64,000 nt of DNA from Candidatus Parachristensenella avicola (GCA_904420205.1 CAJFUN010000024.1:23442-87441), one strand, 5' to 3'. Positions 8,786 through 18,107 are shown, counted from the first letter of the stretch. The notes: a model not told the origin generated them from the sequence alone. Translations and numbers: made by a program.

Positions 8786-8814
8786 ACCATAGCATGATTC
8801 TGGAGCGCTGTCAA
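8786..8814 (-). promoter_or_regulatory. promoter of the THF riboswitch-folT unit
   Basis: On the minus strand, TTGACA (complement of 8809-8814), a 17-nt spacer, then TATGGT (complement of 8786-8791). This puts the TSS at about the first riboswitch nucleotide. Confidence 0.6.
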
Positions 8815-9031
8815 CTTCTTTCGACAGATCATGCGGATAAAGGGGCGGACGCATTAAAGGGGTTCGGGAGGAGGAAAACATGAAATCCAATAATCGCCTG
8901 CTACAGCATAGATAAGGATGCGGCGGACGAAATATTTCCTTCGCTTTGGATCGGTTAACGAAAAAAGCTTCTTATGCCGGGCAAAATTGAAAGTCACATA
9001 ACGCCCGTTGAACGGGAGGACGGGGCGGAAT

Positions 9032-9679
9032 TTAACCGAATGCGTCAAGGATAAAGGTGCAGGCGCGAACAATAAAGCGGTCGATATCCTGAGGCAGGAT
9101 ATACCGCGCCGGCGCATAGCGTGCCATATCCATGCCGTCGTAGAAGCCAAGGATATGATCCCGCCATGCCTCTACTTCCGGCGCGGAGACAAGCCCCTCA
9201 AAATCCTGACCTTGGACGCCGTTCAGCAGGTCAAAGACTTCCGGGCGCCAAGGGCTTATAAGATATAGATGCCAATCGGCCAAATCCGTGTCGTTATAAT
9301 ATGCGGCCTTGACATCCAGGCAGGGCGAAGCGTCGTCACGGTATCGCGTGAGATAGCAGGGAGTGTAGAAGCTGCGCACCCATTCGACGTCGGTAAGCAG
9401 ATGGACGGCGTAGCCCACCCGGAAGCTATCGGAGGCCGGGACGCCGCATGTATGCTCCATGAGCGCCAAGGCACGGCGGATGCGTTCCTCATATCCAGGC
9501 TGTGACGGCAGCGCATCGCGAAGGTGGGACCGGTCCTTATCCGCACGGGTCCAGCCTTCGCGTTTGTGGATGCTGTCGGGGGCATTGGCTCCCAGATAGT
9601 AGGCCGCTTTGTCCGCTCCAGCGAAGGGTTCGTCTTTCAGGGCATGGGCGACCGCCAGATGAACCATGGGTAGGGGCAT
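9032..9679 (-). CDS. hypothetical protein (possibly a metal-dependent hydrolase / Zn-phospholipase-C-like fold; function not established)
   Basis: The start was moved to the MPLPMVHLAVAHAL Met at 9679, which has a GGAGG complement at 9689-9693. The longer listed ORF would overlap the upstream gene. I recognise no firm family signature. Confidence 0.5.
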   Translation of the reverse strand: MPLPMVHLAVAHALKDEPFAGADKAAYYLGANAPDSIHKREGWTRADKDRSHLRDALPSQPGYEERIRRALALMEHTCGVPASDSFRVGYAVHLLTDVEWVRSFYTPCYLTRYRDDASPCLDVKAAYYNDTDLADWHLYLISPWRPEVFDLLNGVQGQDFEGLVSAPEVEAWRDHILGFYDGMDMARYAPARYILPQDIDRFIVRACTFILDAFG

Positions 9680-9729
9680 TGATTCAACCTCCTTTATCGT
9701 AGACGGGAATGGGCTAAGGTGGGAAGAAG

Positions 9730-10800
9730 CTAAAAGGGGCTGGCCGGGCGGTCCTGCCGGCGCTTTTTCAGGGCTGGGCAGGCCATAGGCCAGCGGCAGC
9801 CGCCTTTGCATCCCCGACAAGGATAGGTGGGTGATGCGCATTGAAGCGCAGCGGCGGCAAATTGATCATCAGCCAGCATAGCGCGTCCGGCACAGACGAG
9901 ATCGGCACAGCCCGCGTCCAGAACCGCTTGGGCCTGTTCCCAGCTGCGCACGCCGCCCACCCCCATGACGGGAACGCGCCCGGCAGCCTGTTGGCGAATG
10001 CCTTGCGCTAGATAAAAGCGCCCGTCAAAGGGGAAGCCTTCAGGCGACTGCACGGAACCGTCCATGCCCGAAGATACGTTAAGCCCATGGACGCCGGCCT
10101 GAATATAGAATTCGGCGATCCGCCGGCTTTCCTCCAGATCCGGGTCGTTGCCGCCCATGCGCACGGTGACGATGAAGTCGTCGCCGCAGGCCGATTGGAT
10201 ATCCTGAATTATTTCGCGGGCCAAGTGGGTGCGCCCTTCGGTAGAGCCGCCATAGTCGTCCTCGCGCCGGTTATAGCCAGGGTGAGCAAAGGCGTTCAGC
10301 AGATAGCCGTGGCAGCCGTGCAGCTCTACGCCGTCCACTCCGGCCTCGCGGGCCCGAAGCGCCGCCTGGGTAAAGGCGCGCCGGATAGCGGCAATCTCCT
10401 CCAGGGTCAGCGCTTGAACCGATCCATTTGCGTCCGTATAGGCGCTGGGCCCCACGCGTGGGCCCGCCTCGGGGCAGGTAGCAGGCCCCGCGTGATGCAG
10501 CTGCACCAGCACCATCGCGCCGCCCATATGGCAGGCTTCGGCCACGTGGGCCAACCCAGGGATCTGTTCATCACGCCATAAGCCTAGTTCCTCAGGGCTC
10601 AGCCGCCCTTGGGGCAGCACGGCGGTCGCTTCAAGGATAATGAGCCCTACGCCTGCCTGGGCGCGGGCCAAATAATGATGGATATGGCGGGCTGTTACAT
10701 CCCCGTCGCTGCAGCCCAAACCAAAGCTGACCATGGGCGGCATGACAAGGCGATTTTTAAGCTGATACTGATGGAGCGTGGAAGTATCGGTAAGCTTCAT
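9730..10800 (-). CDS. NADH:flavin oxidoreductase, Old Yellow Enzyme family, with a Cys-rich C-terminal tail
   Basis: LKNRLVMPPM and LIILEATAV..G are present, with a TIM-barrel OYE-like pattern. The C-terminus carries CRGCKGGCRWPMAC, a possible Fe-S or metal site. Confidence 0.75.
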   Translation of the reverse strand: MKLTDTSTLHQYQLKNRLVMPPMVSFGLGCSDGDVTARHIHHYLARAQAGVGLIILEATAVLPQGRLSPEELGLWRDEQIPGLAHVAEACHMGGAMVLVQLHHAGPATCPEAGPRVGPSAYTDANGSVQALTLEEIAAIRRAFTQAALRAREAGVDGVELHGCHGYLLNAFAHPGYNRREDDYGGSTEGRTHLAREIIQDIQSACGDDFIVTVRMGGNDPDLEESRRIAEFYIQAGVHGLNVSSGMDGSVQSPEGFPFDGRFYLAQGIRQQAAGRVPVMGVGGVRSWEQAQAVLDAGCADLVCAGRAMLADDQFAAAALQCASPTYPCRGCKGGCRWPMACPALKKRRQDRPASPF

Positions 10801-10802
10801 GG

Positions 10803-11300
10803 TTATTCTCCTTTTCCCCTCAAACCCGCCATCTGGCAGGGAAGGTGCTTGGCTAAAAGTAGGCAGGGGTTGGACGCATCCCAGTAGGAGGGAAAGACCT
10901 CCAAAGGAACGAATCCCTGCCGACGGTAAAATCTTCGGGTGCGCTCATATGGCTCATAGACCGCGGAAGCATCCAGGGTTTTCACGGTGAGATAGATATG
11001 CCCGCGCTCGAGGCAGTACGCTTCCGCCTGGCGAATCAACCGGGAACCAATGCCTTGCCGGTGGTAGCCGGGCAGAACGCCCATCACGCAAATTTCAGCG
11101 GTATAGGGATTATGCGCCTTAACGGCGATAAAGCCTATGGGATGCGCTTGCCTATAGGCGGCAAAAAGAGGCAGGCTGCGTACCGCGTTCGTATATTCAA
11201 TGATGGATGCTTCCACTGCAAACCATTCAGGCAGCGATTGTAGGATATGGCTGCAGATGTCCGATTTTTCCTGAGGATCCTCAACGGTGGCGATAAGCAT
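10803..11300 (-). CDS. GNAT family N-acetyltransferase
   Basis: The acetyl-CoA binding motif is present: VLPGYHRQGIGSRLIRQAEAY. Confidence 0.75.
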   Translation of the reverse strand: MLIATVEDPQEKSDICSHILQSLPEWFAVEASIIEYTNAVRSLPLFAAYRQAHPIGFIAVKAHNPYTAEICVMGVLPGYHRQGIGSRLIRQAEAYCLERGHIYLTVKTLDASAVYEPYERTRRFYRRQGFVPLEVFPSYWDASNPCLLLAKHLPCQMAGLRGKGE

Positions 11301-11383
11301 GATAAAATCGCCCTCCTAAGGTTAATTCGGCTCCTGGCCTACTTTCATCTTACTGGCTTTTAGATGGATTGTCCACTCTTTTC

Positions 11384-11412
11384 TTGACGAGGCAGGAGGG
11401 GCCCGGTATACT
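11384..11412 (+). promoter_or_regulatory. sigma-A type promoter
   Basis: TTGACG (11384-11389), a 17-nt spacer, then TATACT (11407-11412). Confidence 0.55.
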
Positions 11413-11448
11413 TGTGCTATCGGGATACCATGCAAAAGAGGGTATGAA

Positions 11449-12405
11449 ATGGAAAAGGTTGTGATTAGCCACCGCATTGTGGAGGAAGGGCTTCGGGCCT
11501 TAGAAGCGCGCTGTCGGGTTATCCTGCCACCGGAGGGCGGCTTTGATGAGGAAACGCTGATCAGCGAACTGGCCGATGCCGATGCGCTGCTGGCGGCGGG
11601 CGCCGTTACCGAGCGGATGATAGCGGCTGCGCCCAGGCTGAAGATTGTCGCAAATCATGGCGCAGGTTACGACCGGGTGGATGTGGCCGCCGCCACCCGG
11701 CGGGGGATTCCGGTCACCAACATTCCCGACGCAACTGCGCTGCCTACCGCTGAGATGGCGTTGGCGCTGCTGCTCTGCCTCGAGCGGGACATGCTGCGTG
11801 TGAACCGTCTGATGCGGGAGCAGGCGCCGGAGCCGCTTTTTGGCATGAGCCGGGAACATATGGGGCATTCGCTGATGGGGCGCAGGCTCGGCGTAATCGG
11901 CATGGGCCATATTGGCCAGAAGATGGCCAACTTGTGCGCGGCACTGGGCATGGAGGTCGTCTATTACGCTCGCCACCGGAGGCTGGACGTACCCTATACC
12001 TGGATGCCGCTGGACGAACTATTGGCCGAATGCGATGCGTTAACCCTGCATTGCCCGCTGACCGATGAAACGAGGGGCCTGATCGGGGCTCGGGAGTTGG
12101 CGCTGATGAAGCCGGAGGCTGTGCTAATCAACACCGCCCGGGGCGCGGTGGTGGATCATGACGCGCTCATCGAGGCGCTGCAAGCCGGTCGGCTGGCCGG
12201 CGCGGGGCTGGATGTATTTCCCCAGGAGCCCCACGTCCCCCAGGCGTTGCTGAATATGCCAAACGTGGTGCTGATGCCCCACTATGGTACCAACACTGTG
12301 GAGGCGCGCATCGCCATGGTAGAGGCCTGCTGCGAGCGTATCCTAGCTGCCCTAGACGGTAAGCGCCCGCCCAACGTCGTGAATCCTGAAATTTATGGAG
12401 AATAG
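11449..12405 (+). CDS. D-isomer-specific 2-hydroxyacid dehydrogenase family protein (glyoxylate/hydroxypyruvate reductase-like)
   Basis: A Rossmann motif GVIGMGHIGQ is present, with the ARG...VD catalytic region and the HYGTNT C-terminal motif. Confidence 0.8.
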   Translation: MEKVVISHRIVEEGLRALEARCRVILPPEGGFDEETLISELADADALLAAGAVTERMIAAAPRLKIVANHGAGYDRVDVAAATRRGIPVTNIPDATALPTAEMALALLLCLERDMLRVNRLMREQAPEPLFGMSREHMGHSLMGRRLGVIGMGHIGQKMANLCAALGMEVVYYARHRRLDVPYTWMPLDELLAECDALTLHCPLTDETRGLIGARELALMKPEAVLINTARGAVVDHDALIEALQAGRLAGAGLDVFPQEPHVPQALLNMPNVVLMPHYGTNTVEARIAMVEACCERILAALDGKRPPNVVNPEIYGE

Positions 12406-12432
12406 GGAGATATTCCCTTTTTAAGGAGGAGC

Positions 12433-13740
12433 ATGATGACAGAGATTGAAAAGCGCACAGAACGGACTCGCTGGTTCCTTCAGGACCGCTTCGGTATGTT
12501 TATCCACTTCGGCCTCTATGCCATCCCCGCCCGGGGCGAATGGGTGCGTTCGACGGAGCAGATCTCCGTAGAAGACTATCAGCCCTTCTTCGACGAATTT
12601 AATCCCACGGAGTTTGACGCCAAGCAATGGGCTAAGTTGGCGAAGGAAGCGGGTATGAAATATGCGGTGCTGACCAGCAAGCATCACGATGGATTTTGCT
12701 TATTTGACAGCCAACTGACGGATTACAAGATCACCAACACGCCCTTTGGACGCGACCTTGTGCGGGAATTCCTGGATGCTTTCCGGGCAGAAGGGCTCAA
12801 GGTAGGTTTGTACTATTCGCTGCTGGACTGGCATCATCCCGGATATCCGGCCTACGGCGACCGCCAGCATCCCATGCGATATAATGAAGCCTATAAGGGC
12901 ATGACGCGCGATTGGGACAGCTACCTGACCTATATGCATGGGCAGGTGCGGGAAATCTGCTCCAACTATGGCAAGTTGGATATCCTTTGGTTCGACTTCT
13001 CCTATGGCGATATGAAGGGGGAGAAGTGGAAGGCTAAGGAGCTGGTGGAGATGGTGCGCTCCCTGCAGCCGGATGTGATCATCGATAACCGCTTGGAGGG
13101 AAGCGGTGAGGAGGGCGGCTCGCTATATACCGCCGATCCGACGAGCTATGCCGGCGATTTCGCCAGCCCGGAGCAGATTATCCCGCCGGAGGGCGTAACC
13201 AATGTGTTGGGCGACCCGATTCCCTGGGAAGCCTGCATCACCATGAACGAGAACTGGGGCTACTGCTCCTATGATAAGAATTTCAAATCTGCCGGCTTGA
13301 TCATTCGTAAGCTGGTGGAGTGCGTTTCTAAGAACGGCAATATGCTGCTGAACGTGGGACCCGACGCCAAGGGGCGTATTCCCGATGAATCGGTGGCCAT
13401 CCTCAAGGAGATTGGACGGTGGATGCATCGCAATGGCGATTCCATCTATGGCTGCGGTTCCGCAAACCTGCCCAAGCCGGAGTGGGGATGGTATACCGCC
13501 AAGGCAGGCAAGCTTTACGCCCATGTGCTGGAGCCCTCCATTGGGGTGATCGCCCTGCAGAACCTGGGTGGCAAAATTGATTCCATGCGCCTTTTGGCCG
13601 ATGGAAGCGAGCTGAAGATTCCACAGACGTTCACAACGGCAACCTTTGCCAATCACGCCTTTTTCAACTGGGGTCCGGGGCATACCTCCTATCCGCTGCC
13701 CGATGAAAAGGATTCCGTGGTGGAAATTCGGCTGAAATAG
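12433..13740 (+). CDS. alpha-L-fucosidase (GH29)
   Basis: RFGMFIHFGLYAIP, KHHDGFCLFDS and DILWFD are GH29 hallmarks. AAGGAGG precedes the ATG. Confidence 0.85.
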   Translation: MMTEIEKRTERTRWFLQDRFGMFIHFGLYAIPARGEWVRSTEQISVEDYQPFFDEFNPTEFDAKQWAKLAKEAGMKYAVLTSKHHDGFCLFDSQLTDYKITNTPFGRDLVREFLDAFRAEGLKVGLYYSLLDWHHPGYPAYGDRQHPMRYNEAYKGMTRDWDSYLTYMHGQVREICSNYGKLDILWFDFSYGDMKGEKWKAKELVEMVRSLQPDVIIDNRLEGSGEEGGSLYTADPTSYAGDFASPEQIIPPEGVTNVLGDPIPWEACITMNENWGYCSYDKNFKSAGLIIRKLVECVSKNGNMLLNVGPDAKGRIPDESVAILKEIGRWMHRNGDSIYGCGSANLPKPEWGWYTAKAGKLYAHVLEPSIGVIALQNLGGKIDSMRLLADGSELKIPQTFTTATFANHAFFNWGPGHTSYPLPDEKDSVVEIRLK

Positions 13741-13755
13741 CCAGTAAAAAAGATG

Positions 13756-13800
13756 GCGTGCCGCCCCCCAACCGGCATAGGGGCGGCACGCTTTATTTTA
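13756..13800 (+). terminator. intrinsic terminator after the fucosidase gene
   Basis: A 12-bp stem pairs GCGTGCCGCCCC (13756-13767) with GGGGCGGCACGC (13780-13791), followed by TTTATTTTA. Confidence 0.8.
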
Positions 13801-13837
13801 TGGCATATGGGCCGGGAAGAATTCTTTATTGTAACCA

Positions 13838-13865
13838 TTGCAAACAGGAGAAACCGTGGTATAAT
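13838..13865 (+). promoter_or_regulatory. promoter of the hydrogenase-maturation operon leader
   Basis: TTGCAA (13838-13843), a 16-nt spacer, then an extended -10 TGgTATAAT with TATAAT at 13860-13865. Confidence 0.65.
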
Positions 13866-13991
13866 AAGAATATCCAACCCTAAGACGCTGTCTGCGGGAA
13901 GGAGAACAGACAAACCAACCTCTGAATCCAAGGATTTGTTCCGAGGGCAAGAGCGCGGACATCAAAACGCCTATTTTTTGCGTGTTTTTGT

Positions 13992-14028
13992 GCTGCCTTT
14001 GCGCCTTCGGGTCAAAGGCAGCTTTTTT
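13992..14028 (+). terminator. intrinsic terminator inside the 5' leader of the hyd maturation operon (attenuator candidate)
   Basis: A 10-bp stem pairs GCTGCCTTTG (13992-14001) with CAAAGGCAGC (14013-14022), followed by TTTTTTG. It ends 4 nt before the SD of the first gene. A weaker hairpin at 13964-13987 precedes it. Confidence 0.7.
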
Positions 14029-14044
14029 GTTTCAAGGAGGAGCT

Positions 14045-14320
14045 ATGCAGACACGAATCGCACTCATTGGCATCATGGTGGAGGATATGAGCGCTACCGA
14101 ACGCATTAATGCGCTGCTGCATGAATACAGCCGGTATGTGGTAGGGCGGATGGGTATTCCTTACCGCGACCGCGGGGTATCGATCATTTCTGTGGTGATG
14201 GATGCGCCGGGAAATGATATTAGCACGCTGGCGGGCAAGCTGGGGCAGATAAAAGGGGTTAGCGTCAAGACCATCTATTCTAAAGAACCGGAGCCCAAAG
14301 ATCATGAAGGAAACGCTTGA
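14045..14320 (+). CDS. TM1266-family putative iron-only hydrogenase system regulator (small ACT/NikR-C-like protein)
   Basis: AAGGAGGA at 14033-14040 precedes ATG 14045. MQTRIALIGIMVED...RMGIPYRDRGVSIISVVMDAP...L.GKLG...GVSVK fits the family, which is usually found next to hydE/G/F. Confidence 0.65.
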   Translation: MQTRIALIGIMVEDMSATERINALLHEYSRYVVGRMGIPYRDRGVSIISVVMDAPGNDISTLAGKLGQIKGVSVKTIYSKEPEPKDHEGNA

Positions 14321-15362
14321 AGTCCTCGCCCGAGGTGAGCGGCTGCAACCGCAAGACTTTCAATCGCTGATTGAAGAGGAGAATCCGCAGTTCTGGGCAG
14401 AAACCTTTGCCAAAGCCAGAGAGCGGGCACAGGCGGTTTTCGGCCGAAGTATTTATACCCGAGGCCTCATTGAATTCACCAACTTCTGCCGGCAGAACTG
14501 CTTGTACTGCGGAATACGTGCGGGGAATCCCCAAGCCGATCGATACCGGCTAACTCAACAGGAGATCTTGGAATGCTGCCAAGAAGGATACGGCCTAGGT
14601 TTCCGCACCTTTGTGCTGCAAGGCGGTGAAGATCCCTATTTTTCTGACGAGCGCATTGTCCAAATCGTCCGCGCCATCAAGGCGGCCTACCCGGACTGTG
14701 CGGTGACGTTGTCCATCGGGGAAAAGCCTATGGAGTCGTACCGGCTTTTCCGGGAAGCTGGAGCCGATCGCTATCTGCTGCGGCACGAAACGGCGGACAG
14801 TGAACATTTTGCTAAGCTACATCCGCCGGGCCAGCGGCTGGAAAGCCGCATGGCGTGCCTGGAAAGCCTCAAGGAGCTGGGCTATCAGGTAGGCACGGGA
14901 TTTATGGTGGGCTCGCCGGGGCAGCAAAGCCGCCATCTGGCCCAGGATCTGGCCTTTATTCAGCGGTTTCGGCCGCAAATGGTAGGTATCGGCCCCTTTA
15001 TTCCCCATAAAGACACGCCCTTTGCCGGGGAAAAGGCCGGAACCCTGCAGATGACCTTGCGGCTGATCGCTCTGCTGCGGCTGATGCTGCCGGATGCGTT
15101 GATTCCGGCGACTACCGCTTTGGGCACCATTGCCGAGGACGGCCGGGAACAGGGTATCCTAGCTGGCGCTAACGTGGTCATGCCCAACCTTTCGCCTATG
15201 CGAGTGCGAAAGAAATACGCCCTTTATGACAACAAAATCTGTACGGGTGAGGAGTCGGCTCAATGCCGGCAATGCCTTGCTGCCCGTATGGGTTCCATTG
15301 GCTATGAATTGACTGTGGATCGAGGGGACTATCATCCCTGGAAAGGAAAGGAACATGTATAA
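14304..15362 (+). CDS. hydE: [FeFe] hydrogenase H-cluster radical SAM maturase HydE
   Basis: A CX3CX2C radical-SAM motif (CRQNCLYCGIR) is present in a biotin-synthase-like protein of about 350 aa. It is adjacent to hydG and hydF. Confidence 0.85.
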   Translation: MKETLEVLARGERLQPQDFQSLIEEENPQFWAETFAKARERAQAVFGRSIYTRGLIEFTNFCRQNCLYCGIRAGNPQADRYRLTQQEILECCQEGYGLGFRTFVLQGGEDPYFSDERIVQIVRAIKAAYPDCAVTLSIGEKPMESYRLFREAGADRYLLRHETADSEHFAKLHPPGQRLESRMACLESLKELGYQVGTGFMVGSPGQQSRHLAQDLAFIQRFRPQMVGIGPFIPHKDTPFAGEKAGTLQMTLRLIALLRLMLPDALIPATTALGTIAEDGREQGILAGANVVMPNLSPMRVRKKYALYDNKICTGEESAQCRQCLAARMGSIGYELTVDRGDYHPWKGKEHV

Positions 15363-16773
15363 TCCAAAATCTTCTGTTGCTACTGAATTTATTAACGATG
15401 AGGAGATTCGGGAAACGCTGGAATGGGCGGACAGGCATAAGTCCGACCGAGCGCTGATCGAGGGCCTGCTGGATCGGGCTGAAGACTGCAAGGGGCTTTC
15501 CCATCGTGAAGCCATGGTGCTCCTGGACTGCGATCTGCCGGATCTGAATAGCCGGATCGAGCAGCTGGCTATGAAAATTAAGCAGCGCTTTTACGGCAAT
15601 CGCATCGTGATGTTCGCCCCGCTTTATCTGTCTAACTACTGTGTGAACGGATGCGTATACTGTCCATATCACTACAAAAACAAGCATATTGCCCGCAAAA
15701 AGCTGACCCAAGAGGACATTATCCGGGAGGTGACGGCTCTGCAGGACATGGGCCATAAGCGGCTGGCCCTGGAAACGGGAGAAGACCCGGTCAACAATCC
15801 CATTGAGTATATCCTGGAGAGCATCAAGACCATTTATTCGATCAAGCATAAAAACGGCGCGATCCGCCGGGTCAACGTCAATATTGCCGCTACCACGGTG
15901 GAAAATTATCGCAAGCTGAAAGAGGCGGGGATCGGTACCTACATTCTTTTCCAGGAAACTTACCATAAGGAGGCCTATGAGCAGCTGCATCCTACCGGCC
16001 CCAAGAGCAACTATGCCTACCACACTGAGGCGATGGACCGCGCTATGGATGGCGGTATCGACGACGTGGGTATCGGCGTGCTCTTTGGGCTGAACCGCTA
16101 CCGGTATGACTTTACAGGCCTGCTGATGCATGCCGAGCACCTGGAGGCCGCTAAGGGCGTAGGGCCTCATACCATCTCGGTGCCCCGTATCCGTGCTGCC
16201 GACGATATCAACCCCGAGGACTTTACCGATGCCATCAGCGACGATATCTTTGCCAAGATTGTGGCGGTGCTTCGTATTGCGGTACCCTACACGGGCATCA
16301 TCATCTCCACCCGTGAATCCCAAAAAACCCGGGAAAAGGTGCTGCATCTAGGTGTGTCGCAGATCTCTGGAGGCTCCCGTACCAGCGTAGGCGGCTATGC
16401 CGAAGAGGAGCCGGAGGAAGAAAATTCGGCGCAATTTGACCTGAGCGATACGCGTACGCTGGATCAGGTAGTCAATTGGCTGCTGGGCATGGGGTATATT
16501 CCCAGCTTCTGTACCGCCTGCTATCGAGAGGGCCGTACCGGCGACCGATTCATGAGCTTGGTGAAGTCGGGGCAAATCGCCAACTGCTGCCAGCCCAACG
16601 CCATTATGACCTTGAAGGAATACTTGGAGGACTATGCCAGCGAGGATACCCGAATCAAAGGCGAGGCCGTGATCCAAAAGGAACTGGCCAGTATCCCCAA
16701 TGACCGGGTACGGGCGCGAGCTGCTCAATATTTGGACGAACTCAAAGCCGGCAAGCGGGACTTCCGCTTCTAA
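15355..16773 (+). CDS. hydG: [FeFe] hydrogenase H-cluster radical SAM maturase HydG
   Basis: A ThiH-like N-terminal CVNGCVYCPY motif is present. The C-terminal Cys motif (CTACYREGRTG...CQPNA) is specific for HydG. Confidence 0.9.
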   Translation: MYNPKSSVATEFINDEEIRETLEWADRHKSDRALIEGLLDRAEDCKGLSHREAMVLLDCDLPDLNSRIEQLAMKIKQRFYGNRIVMFAPLYLSNYCVNGCVYCPYHYKNKHIARKKLTQEDIIREVTALQDMGHKRLALETGEDPVNNPIEYILESIKTIYSIKHKNGAIRRVNVNIAATTVENYRKLKEAGIGTYILFQETYHKEAYEQLHPTGPKSNYAYHTEAMDRAMDGGIDDVGIGVLFGLNRYRYDFTGLLMHAEHLEAAKGVGPHTISVPRIRAADDINPEDFTDAISDDIFAKIVAVLRIAVPYTGIIISTRESQKTREKVLHLGVSQISGGSRTSVGGYAEEEPEEENSAQFDLSDTRTLDQVVNWLLGMGYIPSFCTACYREGRTGDRFMSLVKSGQIANCCQPNAIMTLKEYLEDYASEDTRIKGEAVIQKELASIPNDRVRARAAQYLDELKAGKRDFRF

Positions 16774-16788
16774 AGGGAGGAAGGCAAG

Positions 16789-17979
16789 ATGGGTTTAACC
16801 AATACGCCCCAATCCAACCGCTTGCATATCGGCGTGTTCGGCCGGCGCAACAGCGGCAAATCTTCCTTGGTGAACGCGCTGACCGGGCAGCATACTGCCC
16901 TGGTATCCGACGTGGCCGGCACGACGACTGACCCGGTCTATAAGGCGATGGAGATCCATGGGATCGGCCCTGTGCTGTTTGTGGACACCGCAGGCTTTGA
17001 CGACGAAGGTGAACTAGGCGCCATGCGGGTGGAAAAGACCCGCGCAGCGCTGAAAAAGTGCGATATTGCGCTGACGCTGCTCTCAGGCCGTGAGGATCCG
17101 CTGGAGAAGGAATGGCTTACCGCCATCCGCGCCGGTGGCTGTGCGGTCATTGCGCTGGTCAATAAGGCCGACGTGAGCGACGATATATCTGAAAGATTGG
17201 CCTTTATTCGCGAGGCATACGGCCTGGAGGCTATCGCAGTCAGCGCCAGGCTGGGGCAAGGGATGGATCAGGTTCGGGCGGCGATCATCCGAGCGATTCC
17301 TGAGGATTACGACAGCCGTGATATCACTGGGGGACTTTGCGGACCGGGAGACGTGGTCTTGCTGGTAATGCCGCAGGACATTCAGGCGCCCAAGGGAAGG
17401 CTGATTCTCCCCCAGGTGCAGACGCTCCGGGAGCTGCTGGACAAAGGATGCCTGGCCTTCTGTGTAACGACCGACCGCTTGAATGAAGCGCTGGGCAGGC
17501 TTCAGGCGCCACCCAAGCTGATCATCACGGATTCCCAGGCCTTTGCGCAGGTGCATGCATTGAAGCCGGAGGGGACGCTTTTGACCTCGTTTTCCGTGCT
17601 TTTTGCTGCCCATAAGGGAGACATTGACGCCTTTGTAAAGGGCGCTGAAGCCATTGACCGTTTAACGGAGAACTCGAAGGTGCTGATTGCCGAGGCATGC
17701 ACCCATGCGCCGCTGACCGAAGACATCGGCCGGGAAAAGATTCCGCGGATGCTGCGTAAACGAGTAGGGCAGGGGCTGACGGTGGATCATGTATCGGGAA
17801 CGGACTTTCCCCAAGATCTGACGGGCTATGACCTTATCATTCATTGTGGAGCATGCATGTTTAACCGGCGCTATGTTTTGTCCAGGGTGGCCCAAGCCCA
17901 GGCGCAGGGCGTACCGATTACCAATTACGGCGTAACCATTGCCAAGGCGACGGGGATCCTGGATCAGATCGCGTACTAG
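16789..17979 (+). CDS. hydF: [FeFe] hydrogenase H-cluster maturation GTPase HydF
   Basis: GTPase G1 GRRNSGKSSL and G3 DTAG are present. The C-terminal CTH...HCGAC cluster-binding cysteines are also present. Confidence 0.9.
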   Translation: MGLTNTPQSNRLHIGVFGRRNSGKSSLVNALTGQHTALVSDVAGTTTDPVYKAMEIHGIGPVLFVDTAGFDDEGELGAMRVEKTRAALKKCDIALTLLSGREDPLEKEWLTAIRAGGCAVIALVNKADVSDDISERLAFIREAYGLEAIAVSARLGQGMDQVRAAIIRAIPEDYDSRDITGGLCGPGDVVLLVMPQDIQAPKGRLILPQVQTLRELLDKGCLAFCVTTDRLNEALGRLQAPPKLIITDSQAFAQVHALKPEGTLLTSFSVLFAAHKGDIDAFVKGAEAIDRLTENSKVLIAEACTHAPLTEDIGREKIPRMLRKRVGQGLTVDHVSGTDFPQDLTGYDLIIHCGACMFNRRYVLSRVAQAQAQGVPITNYGVTIAKATGILDQIAY

Positions 17980-18030
17980 CTCGTGCGATGCGCTAAGGCG
18001 CGAGCAGACATCAGAAAAGTATAAAGAACA

Positions 18031-18061
18031 CCGGCCGGCAAAAATCCCGGCCGGTTCTTTT
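18031..18061 (+). terminator. intrinsic terminator after hydF
   Basis: CCGGCCGG (18031-18038) pairs with CCGGCCGG (18047-18054), followed by TTCTTTT. Confidence 0.7.
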
Positions 18062-18107
18062 GCGTCAAACGGGTTTCGCCTATTCTAGCCATGGATGCAG
18101 GAAGCCC

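Noticed and set aside
8880-8915. An 11-codon micro-ORF (MKSNNRLLQHR) with a strong GGGAGGAGG SD in the folT/hypothetical intergenic region.
   Set aside because: No recognisable promoter is upstream on the plus strand. It points into a convergent gene and is too short to evaluate. It is likely a chance SD-ATG combination.
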